Virus record (IMG/VR): IMGVR_UViG_3300044491_001212
Span: 1 to 60,921 of that record
Origin: a virus
Taxonomy: Duplodnaviria > Caudoviricetes
Length of the DNA: 60,921 nt
Direction: 5' to 3' (one strand)
The position numbers and the translations under genes are program-made. Below the pieces are notes generated by a model. It saw nothing but the letters and a program-made list of their open reading frames with translations, did no database searches and was not told the origin of the DNA. Shown piece by piece: positions 36,271 to 46,549 of the stretch. The stretch's first letter is position 1. Each line of letters begins with the position of its first letter.

Positions 36271-36477
36271 ATGTCAGCAGCAGGATCAGCAGATAAGTCT
36301 GCTAGTGGAGCAGCAATGTCCAAGTATGATGTTGAAGTAGAAGCAAGACTGAAGGCACTTGAAGCCGCAGTTGAAGAACTCAAGAGTCACTCACATGAAT
36401 CATCAGGTGGTGGTGGAGATGTGGAAGCCAGGTTGGATGACCTCATCAAGAGACTTGGTAAAAAGATGAAGTTCTGA
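36271..36477 (+). CDS. small coiled-coil protein
   Basis: SASGAAMSKYDVEVEARLKALE; CATAAATA upstream. Confidence 0.7.
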   Translation: MSAAGSADKSASGAAMSKYDVEVEARLKALEAAVEELKSHSHESSGGGGDVEARLDDLIKRLGKKMKF

Positions 36478-36503
36478 TATAATAAAAACAACTACACTAT
36501 AAC

Positions 36504-37559
36504 ATGGCACAATATATTAAGAAGGCACTTGTTCTAGGTGCTGGTGGATTCATTGGTTCTCATATGGTCAAGAGACTTAAGTCTGAAGGCTACTGGGTTC
36601 GTGGTGTTGACATCAAAGCTCCTGAGTTCTCTGCAACTGAAGCAGATGAATTCGTCTATGGTGACTTGAGAGATGCACCTTTTGTGAAACGTGTTCTCGA
36701 ATATAAGGGAGATAGAGGAAACTTCTACAATGAAGTTCCCTATCGATACATCCATTCTTTTGATGAGATTTATCAGTTCGCTGCTGATATGGGAGGAGCA
36801 GGGTTTGTATTCTCTGGTGAGAACGATGCAGACATCATGCACAACTCTGTAACTATCAACCTCAATGTTCTAGAAGAACAGAGAAAGAGAAACGAAGCTA
36901 CTGGTAGAAACTATACCAAGATCTTCTACTCTGGATCTGCTTGCATGTATCCAGAACATAATCAATTAGATCCTGATAACCCAGATTGTAGTGAAGACTC
37001 AGCATACCCAGCAAACCCAGACTCAGAGTATGGATGGGAGAAACTCTTCTCCGAGCGTCTGTACTTTGCTTATCATCGTAATCACGGTATCCCTGTTCGG
37101 GTTACTCGATATCATAACATCTTTGGACCTGAGGGAACCTGGGACGGGGGTAGAGAGAAGGCCCCAGCAGCAATCTGTAGAAAGGTAGCACAACTACCTG
37201 CTGTTGGTGGACACATTGAAGTGTGGGGTGATGGTGAACAGACACGTTCATTCCTTTATATTGATGAGTGTATTGAAGCCTCCCGTCGTTTGATGGATAG
37301 TGACTTCATTGGTCCTGTGAATATTGGTTCAGAGGAGATGGTGACTATCAATAAACTAACAGATATTGCTTCTAAGGTTGCAGGCAAACCTATCAAGAGA
37401 AACCACAAACTAGATGCACCTCTTGGTGTTCGTGGTAGGAATAGTAACAATGATATAGTTCGTCGTGAGTTAGGATGGGACTACGAACAAACCCTTGAAG
37501 AAGGGATTCGTAAAACTTATGAATGGATTGAGGCAAGAGTCTATGAACAGAATCAGTGA
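36504..37559 (+). CDS. NAD-dependent nucleotide-sugar epimerase, GDP-mannose 3,5-epimerase-like
   Basis: GAGGFIG, AADMGGAGF, SACMYP, YGWEK, EKAPAAICRK, GVRGRNS. Confidence 0.88.
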   Translation: MAQYIKKALVLGAGGFIGSHMVKRLKSEGYWVRGVDIKAPEFSATEADEFVYGDLRDAPFVKRVLEYKGDRGNFYNEVPYRYIHSFDEIYQFAADMGGAGFVFSGENDADIMHNSVTINLNVLEEQRKRNEATGRNYTKIFYSGSACMYPEHNQLDPDNPDCSEDSAYPANPDSEYGWEKLFSERLYFAYHRNHGIPVRVTRYHNIFGPEGTWDGGREKAPAAICRKVAQLPAVGGHIEVWGDGEQTRSFLYIDECIEASRRLMDSDFIGPVNIGSEEMVTINKLTDIASKVAGKPIKRNHKLDAPLGVRGRNSNNDIVRRELGWDYEQTLEEGIRKTYEWIEARVYEQNQ

Positions 37560-38283
37560 TTATTCACAACTCCGAGATCGTATTGTATCTTGGTTGAGAA
37601 CCTATCGTAGAGATAGTGGTATGGATAGTTGGGTAGTTGGTGTATCAGGTGGTATTGATTCCGCTGTTGTATCAACCCTAGCAGCATGTACAGGTGAACC
37701 AGTGTTCGCTGTGGGTATGCCTATCCATCAAGATGAGGGACAGAAAGAACTATCAGAGAGACATCTGGTATGGTTGGAAAGAAACTTCACCAATGTTGTT
37801 GTGTTGAGGTTTGATCTGACTGATACATTTGAAACCTTTAAGACAGCATTGAAACGACATGGTAAAGGTGATCATGCCTTGGCTAATACTCGTTCAAGAC
37901 TTCGTATGGTTACCTTGTATCAAGTTGCAGGTAACAACAAAGGTTTGGTAGTTGGAACTGGTAACAAGGTAGAAGATTATGGTGTAGGATTCTACACTAA
38001 ATATGGTGACGGCGGGGTGGACATTGCTCCTATCGCTGATCTTTATAAGACTGAAGTATGGGAACTTGGTAAATTCTTGGGAGTTGACTCAGGAATTATT
38101 GAAGCTAAACCAACTGATGGATTATGGGATGATGGACGAACAGATGAGGATCAACTTGGTGCCTCCTATGCTGAACTAGAAGAAGCAATGGAGAATGGTA
38201 CTGGTCCTGGTTTGGAAGTTCTACAAAGGTTCAATAAGATGAACCAACACAAGATGCAACCTATTCCTACATTCACACTATGA
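37543..38283 (+). CDS. nadE: NH3-dependent NAD+ synthetase
   Basis: GVSGGIDSAV, NTRSRLRM, GTGNKVE..GFYTKYGDGGVDIAPIADLYKTEV, PTDGLW..RTDEDQLG. Confidence 0.93.
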   Translation: MNRISDYSQLRDRIVSWLRTYRRDSGMDSWVVGVSGGIDSAVVSTLAACTGEPVFAVGMPIHQDEGQKELSERHLVWLERNFTNVVVLRFDLTDTFETFKTALKRHGKGDHALANTRSRLRMVTLYQVAGNNKGLVVGTGNKVEDYGVGFYTKYGDGGVDIAPIADLYKTEVWELGKFLGVDSGIIEAKPTDGLWDDGRTDEDQLGASYAELEEAMENGTGPGLEVLQRFNKMNQHKMQPIPTFTL

Positions 38284-39434
38284 AAATCGGAGTTATTGGG
38301 GCAGGCAGATTAGGTATCTGTTTTGCCCTCCTTTGTGAACAAGCTGGTTACGATGTTCTGGTATCAGATATTCGTGAGGATTATGTAAACGATCTGAACC
38401 ACAAGAAGATCACAACTAATGAACCTGAAGTAGAAGATCTACTCAGAGTATCAAGAAACTTTAGAGCAACAACTAACAACAAAGAAGTGATTGATGAGTG
38501 TGATCTCATCTATACTCTTGTGCAAACTCCATCTAATGATGATGGATCATATGATGTATCAGCTGTCTGGCAGGTTGTAGAAGAATTTAGTGATGTGAAG
38601 AAGAGAAAGTATCTGGTGATTGGTTGTACTACCAACCCTGGTGATTGTGATCAATTCTCCTCACAACTTCCTAGTAATGTGAAGGTACTTTACAATCCTG
38701 AGTTTATTGCACAGGGTAGTATTGTGAGTGATCTGAAGAAGGCTGATATGGTTCTTCTTGGTATAGATTCAACTATGGAGAATGATAAGACTGTCAAGGA
38801 TATTAACGATCTCTATAAGAAGATTCAAACTACAAGGGCTATTGTTTGTACCATGAGTACAAAGTCTGCAGAGATCACCAAGATTGCAGTCAATTGTTTC
38901 CTCACAACTAAGATCAGTTACGCTAATATGTTGGGTGATGTTCTCAACATGGCAGGATGTGGTGATGAGATTACTACAGTTCTGAGAGCAGTTGGTGCTG
39001 ATAGTCGTATCGGTAAGAAGTATCTTGGTTGGGGTTTGGGTTATGGTGGCCCATGTCTTCCTAGAGATAACAGAGCCTTTGCACACTTTGCTAAGGGTGT
39101 AGGACTGGAGTACAACCTAGGTTATGTGACAGATGGTTTCAATAATGAACATGCAAAAATCATCTGTGATTATTGGGATACAATGAACTCAAGCAAACTC
39201 CCATATTACTTCGAATACATCACCTATAAGAAAGGAACTGATATTCTCACAGAGAGTCAACAGTATCGTTTGGCTCTAGACCTCCTAGAAAGAGGACACA
39301 AGGTATACATTCAGAACGACAGAAGGGTAACACCTCAAGTCTCTGAGTATCTTGACAAAACCTATGGTGATAGGGTAAGGTTTGTAGATAACAAGTTCAA
39401 TATTACTGAAGGTACCTTCACTGTAAACTTATGA
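38280..39434 (+). CDS. UDP-glucose/GDP-mannose dehydrogenase family protein
   Basis: GAGRLG, YNPEF..G, SAE..K..N.FL..KISYAN, GYGGPCLPRD. Confidence 0.9.
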   Translation: MKIGVIGAGRLGICFALLCEQAGYDVLVSDIREDYVNDLNHKKITTNEPEVEDLLRVSRNFRATTNNKEVIDECDLIYTLVQTPSNDDGSYDVSAVWQVVEEFSDVKKRKYLVIGCTTNPGDCDQFSSQLPSNVKVLYNPEFIAQGSIVSDLKKADMVLLGIDSTMENDKTVKDINDLYKKIQTTRAIVCTMSTKSAEITKIAVNCFLTTKISYANMLGDVLNMAGCGDEITTVLRAVGADSRIGKKYLGWGLGYGGPCLPRDNRAFAHFAKGVGLEYNLGYVTDGFNNEHAKIICDYWDTMNSSKLPYYFEYITYKKGTDILTESQQYRLALDLLERGHKVYIQNDRRVTPQVSEYLDKTYGDRVRFVDNKFNITEGTFTVNL

Positions 39435-40339
39435 TTGGATATGATCGCCTCGGAACGAACGGAAGGTTCGGTAATCAACTCTTTCAGTATGCATCACTGA
39501 GAGGTATTGCATCACATCATGGATATGATTGGTGTATTCCTCCTGATAGTCATGACACTTATGCTAACTATGGGATGCATCATCCCTTTGAGTTAGCTGG
39601 GTTGAAGGATAAGAACATTGGGTTTGTCAATGAGAATGTCTCACCACAATCTATGTTCTCATTTGGTGCTCTCAAGGATACTAATCCTAATACTAAGAAT
39701 GCAACTGAGAGCCAGTATTGTTTTGATGAAGAACTCTTCAATAACTTTGAGGATGGTACAAACCTAGATGGTTATCTTCAAACTGAGAGATACTTCAAAC
39801 ATATTGAAGATGAGATTCGTGCAGACTTCGCATTCAAACCAGAAATCCTAGAACCTTGTAATGAGTTTATCAGTAATTTTGAGAATATTAATTTTCTCCA
39901 TGTTCGCCGCGGAGATAACGTGGGCCGTGAAGATTATTATCGGATGATGACCTTCGACTACTACACAAGAGCTCTGGAACTATTTCCTGACTCTCATGTA
40001 TTGGTTTGTTCTGATGATCCTCAGTGGTGTTCTGAACAAGAATTCTTTGATGATGAAAGGTTCTTGATCAACACCGATGTTCCTGAGTATGATCACATGT
40101 GTCTAGAAGGTGATGGTGGTCGTCGTCGTTCCAAGGTTCCATATACTGATCTGTGTCTGATGTCCCTATGTAATGGAGCCATCCTCTCCTCCTCCTCTCT
40201 GGGTTGGTGGGGAGCTTGGCTACAGAAGGGTAGGACTAACCCTGTAGTGGTTCCTGAACACTGGTATGGACCTGTTCTAGAGGCTGTGAACGACTGTAGA
40301 GACCTCTACCCTGAAGAGTGGACCGTTATCCCGAACTAA
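39431..40339 (+). CDS. GT11 alpha-1,2-fucosyltransferase-like glycosyltransferase
   Basis: GRFGNQLFQYA, GYLQTERYF, LHVRRGD, SSLGWWGAWL. Confidence 0.9.
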   Translation: MIGYDRLGTNGRFGNQLFQYASLRGIASHHGYDWCIPPDSHDTYANYGMHHPFELAGLKDKNIGFVNENVSPQSMFSFGALKDTNPNTKNATESQYCFDEELFNNFEDGTNLDGYLQTERYFKHIEDEIRADFAFKPEILEPCNEFISNFENINFLHVRRGDNVGREDYYRMMTFDYYTRALELFPDSHVLVCSDDPQWCSEQEFFDDERFLINTDVPEYDHMCLEGDGGRRRSKVPYTDLCLMSLCNGAILSSSSLGWWGAWLQKGRTNPVVVPEHWYGPVLEAVNDCRDLYPEEWTVIPN

Positions 40340-40340
40340 T

Positions 40341-41162
40341 ATGAGACACGATCTAAAAGACACTACCTTCATCATTCCCATTCGCATCGAATCAGAAGAT
40401 CGAATGAGGAATGTGATCACCTCATTGTGTTACCTCCTAGAGAACTTTGATACAAAGGTTATTCTCAAGGAGGTTGATACACAATCAGTATTTCAACAAC
40501 AGTGTCTCCCTCAGATCTCTGAGTATGTGGAGGATGGGATTGAGAACTTAACTCATATCTTTGAGAAGAGTGATCCCATTGATAATATGTTCTACCGTAT
40601 GAGATATCTCAATGAGATGTTGAATATGTGTGAGACAGAAGTAGTTGCTAACTATGATTGTGATGTTCTTCTACCTATCAACACATATCTACAGGCACAG
40701 AAGTTCATTACTGAAGGAGGATATGATGTCATCTACCCTTATGGCCATGGTCCATGGCAGAAGAAAGTATATGCTACCGATGATATGGTATCTAAATTTC
40801 TATCTAACGATTGTGAGTTCTCACATCTAGAGAAGAAGGTAGAGATTGATAACGCAGAGAGTGGACACGCACAGTTCATTCGTAGATCCACATACATTGA
40901 AGCTGGTATGGAGAATGAGAACTTTATCTCATACTCACCAGAAGATAAGGAGAGGTTACATAGATTTAATTTACTAGGATATAATGTAGGTAGGATTGAG
41001 AACTGGGTATATCACCTAGAACATATGAGAACCCACAACTCATGGTTAAATAATCCACACATGCAAAACAACTTTGCCCTGTGGGAGTTTCTCAAACCTT
41101 TGAGTGAAGAAGAACTTAGGCAATATTATAAAGAACAAAAGTATCTCAAGAAGTATACATGA
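40341..41162 (+). CDS. GT-A fold glycosyltransferase (GT2/GT7-like)
   Basis: TFIIPIR, YDCDV, GMENENFISYSPED, YHLEH. Confidence 0.8.
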   Translation: MRHDLKDTTFIIPIRIESEDRMRNVITSLCYLLENFDTKVILKEVDTQSVFQQQCLPQISEYVEDGIENLTHIFEKSDPIDNMFYRMRYLNEMLNMCETEVVANYDCDVLLPINTYLQAQKFITEGGYDVIYPYGHGPWQKKVYATDDMVSKFLSNDCEFSHLEKKVEIDNAESGHAQFIRRSTYIEAGMENENFISYSPEDKERLHRFNLLGYNVGRIENWVYHLEHMRTHNSWLNNPHMQNNFALWEFLKPLSEEELRQYYKEQKYLKKYT

Positions 41163-41965
41163 TTGGTTTTAACTACCTAGGAAAACTAGGACAACTTGGT
41201 AATCAGATGTTCCAATATGCATCACTCATTGGTGTTGCAGATAAAATTGGAACATCTTTTTGTATCCCACATCATCATGAAGTGATGGTTGACAACCTAG
41301 GGAATAGACTTAGGATTGAATTGTTTGATGCATTTGATATCAAACCAGATAGGGTTGGGTTTATTCCTACTGATAAGAACTATCAAGAAGGAGAATTCAC
41401 CTTTGAAGAAGGAGCATTTCAGATTGATACTGAACATGACACATGTCTGATTGGTTTCTTCCAAACAGAGAGATACTTCAAACATATTCAAGATCGTATC
41501 AGATCAGAGTTTGCATTTAAGAATGAAATTAAAGAGGAGTGCCAGGACATCGTGGATTGTTTTGACAATCCTATTGCTTTGCATATTCGTAGAGGTGATT
41601 ATCTCATCAATAGTGGTAATCATCACAACCTTTCTGATGATTATTATGAACATGCACTGAAAGAGTTTGATGAAGATCGACAAGTAGTGATCTTTACTGA
41701 TGATCCTGAGTGGGCATTGAACAACCCTCTCTTTGGAAGTGATAGGTTCATCGTATCAGAAGGTAATGGTCCTTATCATGACCTCTATATGATGACTCAG
41801 TGTAGTGATTTTATTATATCTAACTCTACATTCTCATGGTGGGGAGCTTGGTTAGCAGATACAGGTAAGGTGGTAGCACCTAAGGCTTGGTTTGGTCCTA
41901 ACAACTCACATAAATCTACAAGGGATCTCTATCCCGAACATTGGACAATTATTCCTCAATCATAA
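41159..41965 (+). CDS. GT11 alpha-1,2-fucosyltransferase-like glycosyltransferase
   Basis: GQLGNQMFQYA, GFFQTERYF, LHIRRGDY, SNSTFSWWGAWL. Confidence 0.9.
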   Translation: MIGFNYLGKLGQLGNQMFQYASLIGVADKIGTSFCIPHHHEVMVDNLGNRLRIELFDAFDIKPDRVGFIPTDKNYQEGEFTFEEGAFQIDTEHDTCLIGFFQTERYFKHIQDRIRSEFAFKNEIKEECQDIVDCFDNPIALHIRRGDYLINSGNHHNLSDDYYEHALKEFDEDRQVVIFTDDPEWALNNPLFGSDRFIVSEGNGPYHDLYMMTQCSDFIISNSTFSWWGAWLADTGKVVAPKAWFGPNNSHKSTRDLYPEHWTIIPQS

Positions 41966-43566
41966 TGACTTGGAACCTACTTACAGTATCATTTGGTAAT
42001 AATAAGTATCAGAGAGGACAATCTTTTCTACACAAACTGGCAACAAAGGTAGGAGTAAATCACTTTTCTATTAGTGAAGACTCACTCTTCAATTCAGATC
42101 TTTATAAAGATAATAAGAAGTGGTTCTCAAAGAAGAATAACTATGGGCACTTTGCCTGGAAACCATACTTTCTCCTGAAGACTATGGAGAAGTTGGAAGA
42201 GGGAGATAAGATTCTAGCACTTGATGCACTTGATATCTTTCACCCTGAAATCTTTCAGGCTGTAGATGATTTATGGGAAAATGATCCATGTATTCTCCCT
42301 CTGGGTAACTCAGTTCAGGGTGAATACACTAAGAGAGATTGTTTTCACTACATGGATTGTGATGAAGAAGACTACTGGGAATCTAAACAACTCGAAGCTG
42401 GTTTCACATTCTGGAGAGTTTGTGATGAATCAAAGAGAATTCTCGAAGAGTGGTTAAAGTGGTGTCTGGATGAGAGGACAAATGGAGAAGTTACTACATT
42501 CTCTGGTAAGGAAGAGTTGGATGGATTCCAAGAGGTTCGTCATGATCAAAGTATCCTTACTAACATTGCTGTTCGTGATGGACTCTCAGTAATTGGTAAT
42601 GATATTCGTAACTTCATTGAGTGTAATGCTGACTACTGGTATGAGAGATACAACAAAGGTACTGTTTCAGTCTATCGTCCTATCGATCAGTTCCTTGTAA
42701 GTATCAAAGACCAGGTTGATTATCTAAAACCAGCCCCTAAGGATAGTATTATCCTCACAGTACATAACCAGGAAGGATTGATTCCTACAGTGTTGAAAGG
42801 TATTGAAGATAACACTGAGGGTAACTATGAATTGATTGTAGTTGTAGATGGTTGTACTGATGATTCGGAGGGTGTTATCTTTAGATATCTCAAGGACTCA
42901 ACCATTGAGAATAAAACTCTGATCAAAACTGATGACATCTATGAGAACAAGGCCAACAATGTTGGATTGAAAATTGCTCAAGGAACATACGCCACTATCA
43001 TTCAAGATGATCAGGTGATTACGGAGAAGGGTTGGAACACAAGGATGCACAAACCCTTTGAGTCATTCGATGATGTATTTGCAGTCACAGCTAGAACGGC
43101 ACACAATCTTATCCTGAACCCTAACTCCAAACACCTTGGAGAGAAGGAAGATAGAGATGATTGTTGGTGTGATATTCTGGATAATGTAGATGTATCTGAG
43201 GAGAGAAATCAATCCAGAGATGTGTTTGCTATCCGTGGTAGTGTAAACCGTGGACCTCTCATGGTAAACATGGCAGATATGAGGAAGTTGAGTTACTTTG
43301 ATGAAGAGTATGCACCTCAACAACTTGATGATCATGATCTCATGTTTAGAATGAGAAAGAAACTTAAGAAGGTATGTGGTTGTTATTGGATTGGATTTGA
43401 ATCAGATCCATCCTGGGGAGCCAGTCGTAAGGAAACTACAGGGTTCAGTGAAGCTAACCCAGTAAACGCCAAGTCACATCATAAGAACAGTAAACTCTTT
43501 CATAAGAGATATGAAAAGTATTATGATGAGTACAGAATCATTGAAGAACGGGAGTTACCAGAATGA
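41965..43566 (+). CDS. two-domain glycosyltransferase (N-terminal GT-like domain fused to GT2)
   Basis: WKPY...RHDQSILT domain followed by SIILTVHNQE...VVDGCTD...IQDD. Confidence 0.8.
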   Translation: MTWNLLTVSFGNNKYQRGQSFLHKLATKVGVNHFSISEDSLFNSDLYKDNKKWFSKKNNYGHFAWKPYFLLKTMEKLEEGDKILALDALDIFHPEIFQAVDDLWENDPCILPLGNSVQGEYTKRDCFHYMDCDEEDYWESKQLEAGFTFWRVCDESKRILEEWLKWCLDERTNGEVTTFSGKEELDGFQEVRHDQSILTNIAVRDGLSVIGNDIRNFIECNADYWYERYNKGTVSVYRPIDQFLVSIKDQVDYLKPAPKDSIILTVHNQEGLIPTVLKGIEDNTEGNYELIVVVDGCTDDSEGVIFRYLKDSTIENKTLIKTDDIYENKANNVGLKIAQGTYATIIQDDQVITEKGWNTRMHKPFESFDDVFAVTARTAHNLILNPNSKHLGEKEDRDDCWCDILDNVDVSEERNQSRDVFAIRGSVNRGPLMVNMADMRKLSYFDEEYAPQQLDDHDLMFRMRKKLKKVCGCYWIGFESDPSWGASRKETTGFSEANPVNAKSHHKNSKLFHKRYEKYYDEYRIIEERELPE

Positions 43567-44204
43567 CATACAGTAAAAGATTTAGTAGTAAGTTCTTTTC
43601 AAAGATGTTACAACCAGCAGGACCAACTAGTCCTGTAAGAGATAGAGCAACTTCCCTGTCTATGGTGTTTGAGATCCTAGATCAGAAGAAGAATAAAGAC
43701 TTCTTCATTGTAGAGACAGGATGTATGAGGGCAGACCATGGACAACTTGCCCTTGGTGATGATGGAGCAAGTACATACATCTTTGATGACTTCATCAACT
43801 TCTATGATGGTGAAGTAGTATCAGTGGATATCAACCCTGACAATGTGAGACATGCACAGAAGATGGTTTCAGATAGAACCACTGTGTATTGTAGTGATAG
43901 TGTAGAATTCTTGTGGAATATCCCTGAGAAGAGAAAGATTGATCTGTTGTATCTGGATTCATATGACTTTGAACCAGATAACCCTATCCCCTCACAGAAA
44001 CATCACCTTAAGGAACTTACCGCAGTGATGAAAAACTTGAGGAAAGGTAGTATAATTATGGTTGATGATAACGCCAACACTCCTGAGTTTGAATGGTTTA
44101 CCAAGATTGCACAGGGTGGTAAGGCAGGTTTCGTTAAAGAGTTCATGAAAGATGTGGGAGCAGAACTCCTCCTAGACGAGTATCAAATTATTTGGAGACT
44201 ATGA
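43563..44204 (+). CDS. class I SAM methyltransferase (Methyltransf_24-like)
   Basis: IVETG, SVDI, SDSVEFL, IDLLYLDS, IMVDD. Confidence 0.78.
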   Translation: MTYSKRFSSKFFSKMLQPAGPTSPVRDRATSLSMVFEILDQKKNKDFFIVETGCMRADHGQLALGDDGASTYIFDDFINFYDGEVVSVDINPDNVRHAQKMVSDRTTVYCSDSVEFLWNIPEKRKIDLLYLDSYDFEPDNPIPSQKHHLKELTAVMKNLRKGSIIMVDDNANTPEFEWFTKIAQGGKAGFVKEFMKDVGAELLLDEYQIIWRL

Positions 44205-44497
44205 TGGACGTAAGACTGTTTCGTATTGTTACTGGTGAAGAAGTAATCGCAGAAGTAGTTGATGAGAATGAATCTACTGTTACTGTAAGGAATGGATTGG
44301 TTGTTCTTCCAACAGCACAGAACATTGGGTTTGCACCTTGGGCTACTGTGGTTAGTAAGGAGAAACCAGAACTTGAAGTTTCTCGTACACACATTGTGTA
44401 TATTGGTGAGGTGGAACATTCAATTAGAGAGAAGTATGATTCTATCTACGGTAGTAAGTTGGTGACACCTGAACCTAAGAGTTTGATTCTCTCATGA
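44201..44497 (+). CDS. conserved T4-like hypothetical protein (possible Sm-like fold)
   Basis: VRLFRIVTGEEVIAEV...IGFAPW. Confidence 0.7.
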   Translation: MMDVRLFRIVTGEEVIAEVVDENESTVTVRNGLVVLPTAQNIGFAPWATVVSKEKPELEVSRTHIVYIGEVEHSIREKYDSIYGSKLVTPEPKSLILS

Positions 44498-45144
44498 GTT
44501 ATTTTCAATTTGCTAAGAACTACTATTCTGCCAATGGTGAGGATGGTATCACAGAACAACTATTCAAAGATCTCAACATCAATGATGGTGTAGTGTGTGA
44601 GTTTGGTGCATGGGATGGGTTTGATGATAGTAACACAGCATACTTCTGGTTTACCAAAGACTTCTCAGCTATTCTGATTGAGGGATTGGAAAGTAGGTTC
44701 GATCAACTTGTATACAATACCAAGGGATTTGATGCCACCTGTATCAAGAACATGGTACAGGAGTCTGGTGATGATAGTATCGACAACATTCTTGATCGAT
44801 CTATGGTAAAGTTGACTGATGATAACTTTGCTTTGATGTCTATTGACATTGACTCCTTTGACTACTATGTCTTTGGTAGTATCAAAAAGTATCGTCCTAA
44901 GGTTTGTATTGTAGAAACCAGTAGTGGATATACACCAGACAGAGACTTTGTTTCTCGTGACTCTGGTTGTTCCCTGAAGTCTGTAGCAGAACTAGGAGAG
45001 ACTATTGGATACAAGTGTGTGATTCATACTGGTAATGCATACTTTGTTCGTGATGATCTAGTTCATCTGTTGCCAGACTATGATTATAGTTTGGATGCAA
45101 TCTATAGTTCTCCAGCTGATATTGATTCAAGACAAGGAAAATGA
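44494..45144 (+). CDS. FkbM-like methyltransferase
   Basis: YSANGEDGI, CEFGAWDG..SNT, LMSIDIDS.DY, GNAYFV. Confidence 0.78.
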   Translation: MSYFQFAKNYYSANGEDGITEQLFKDLNINDGVVCEFGAWDGFDDSNTAYFWFTKDFSAILIEGLESRFDQLVYNTKGFDATCIKNMVQESGDDSIDNILDRSMVKLTDDNFALMSIDIDSFDYYVFGSIKKYRPKVCIVETSSGYTPDRDFVSRDSGCSLKSVAELGETIGYKCVIHTGNAYFVRDDLVHLLPDYDYSLDAIYSSPADIDSRQGK

Positions 45145-45890
45145 GTGATGTAATCTTAGGAGCATACTTTGGGGGACTGGGGGATCAACTCCAGTTCTCT
45201 ACACTGCCTGAAGAGTTCTATAAACAACAGGGTAGGGAAACCTACCTGGCAGATGGTAGCAACTTTAGGAACAAAGAGATCTATGATTTGGTGTGGGGAG
45301 AGAACCCATACATCAAAGGTGTAGTGGAAGGCGAAAGAACAGCAGGAGACCTGGAGAGTATTGAAGTAAAGAACCATACTGGTAATTGGATCAGTAATTG
45401 GGAGTACCTCCATGGTTTAGAACCAACAAACATTCGACCAAAGATTTATTATGAGCCACTACAAATTGACGGCCTATCCGACACTATACTTGTCGATCTT
45501 TCTAGTATCACTATCAATCACAATGATACTGGGTATGGATATAACCTAAAACATGTTCACAAAACCTACATGGATCTCCTAGAAAGGTATCCAAAGAAGA
45601 AGTTTGTAGGTGTGAACTTCAAACAAGATATAGAATCATCCAAGTTCAATCCTGATGTGGATGAAACCATTGATGTGGAATCCATATACCACTATTGTGA
45701 TCTCATGAGATCTTCTTATGGTATCTGTTGCTTCTATAGTGGTAGTATGGCCCTAGCCGCAGCAATACAAAGATTTAATACAGATCTCAAGATCTTGTGT
45801 ATCACCCCTCCTAGCGTGTATAATAGTCCTAGAACCCAAGACCTTGGGATTTTCTATTTTGATTACGTCGATTACCTGGTTACCGAATGA
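45141..45890 (+). CDS. putative glycosyltransferase (GT-B-like)
   Basis: GGLGDQLQFS, NPYI, SGSMALAAA; gene context. Confidence 0.55.
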   Translation: MSDVILGAYFGGLGDQLQFSTLPEEFYKQQGRETYLADGSNFRNKEIYDLVWGENPYIKGVVEGERTAGDLESIEVKNHTGNWISNWEYLHGLEPTNIRPKIYYEPLQIDGLSDTILVDLSSITINHNDTGYGYNLKHVHKTYMDLLERYPKKKFVGVNFKQDIESSKFNPDVDETIDVESIYHYCDLMRSSYGICCFYSGSMALAAAIQRFNTDLKILCITPPSVYNSPRTQDLGIFYFDYVDYLVTE

Positions 45891-46549
45891 GTAGGATTCT
45901 TATTACTGGATGTGGAGGTGGCCTCGGTGAGGCCATGTTGAATGAGTGTCTGAAACGAGGACACAAAGTATTCCCTCACTATCGTAAAGGTGAGGTGGAT
46001 AAAGTATTCAGTGGTAGACTCACAGGAGATACTACTGACTTCAACTTCCCTGAAAAGTTTAATGAGTACATGCAGATCCATAACATTGATGTATTCATCA
46101 ATAACGCAGCTCAGTATATCGGTGGTCCTATTGAGGAGACATCAGATAATCTTATCAAGAGAGCCATTGATGTGAATATAACATCACAGATTCTTCTCTT
46201 GAAGAAGGCATTCCGTAGGTTCAAATCTATGAAGAGTGGGTTGATTATCAATATCAATTCCCTCTCATATCAACAACCTTCGAAGAATGAAACTATATAT
46301 TGTGCCACCAAATTTGCACTGAAGGGTTTCTCAAAGGCACTTCAGATGGAAGCGATTGGTACAGGTGTGGAAATCATTGATGTTCATCCTGGTGGTATTC
46401 AAACAGGCATGACGAGTGGTAGACCCAACTATGATTCGTTGATGGCCAGAGAAGATGTTGCCTCACAAGTAGTGAACTTGATTGGTAGGGGTAGCAGTTA
46501 TACTAATGAAATTATTCTGAGGAAGAGAAATGAAAGCAGCCGTTCTTGA
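45887..46549 (+). CDS. short-chain dehydrogenase/reductase
   Basis: TGCGGGLG, NNAA, YCATK, PGGIQT. Confidence 0.9.
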   Translation: MSRILITGCGGGLGEAMLNECLKRGHKVFPHYRKGEVDKVFSGRLTGDTTDFNFPEKFNEYMQIHNIDVFINNAAQYIGGPIEETSDNLIKRAIDVNITSQILLLKKAFRRFKSMKSGLIININSLSYQQPSKNETIYCATKFALKGFSKALQMEAIGTGVEIIDVHPGGIQTGMTSGRPNYDSLMAREDVASQVVNLIGRGSSYTNEIILRKRNESSRS

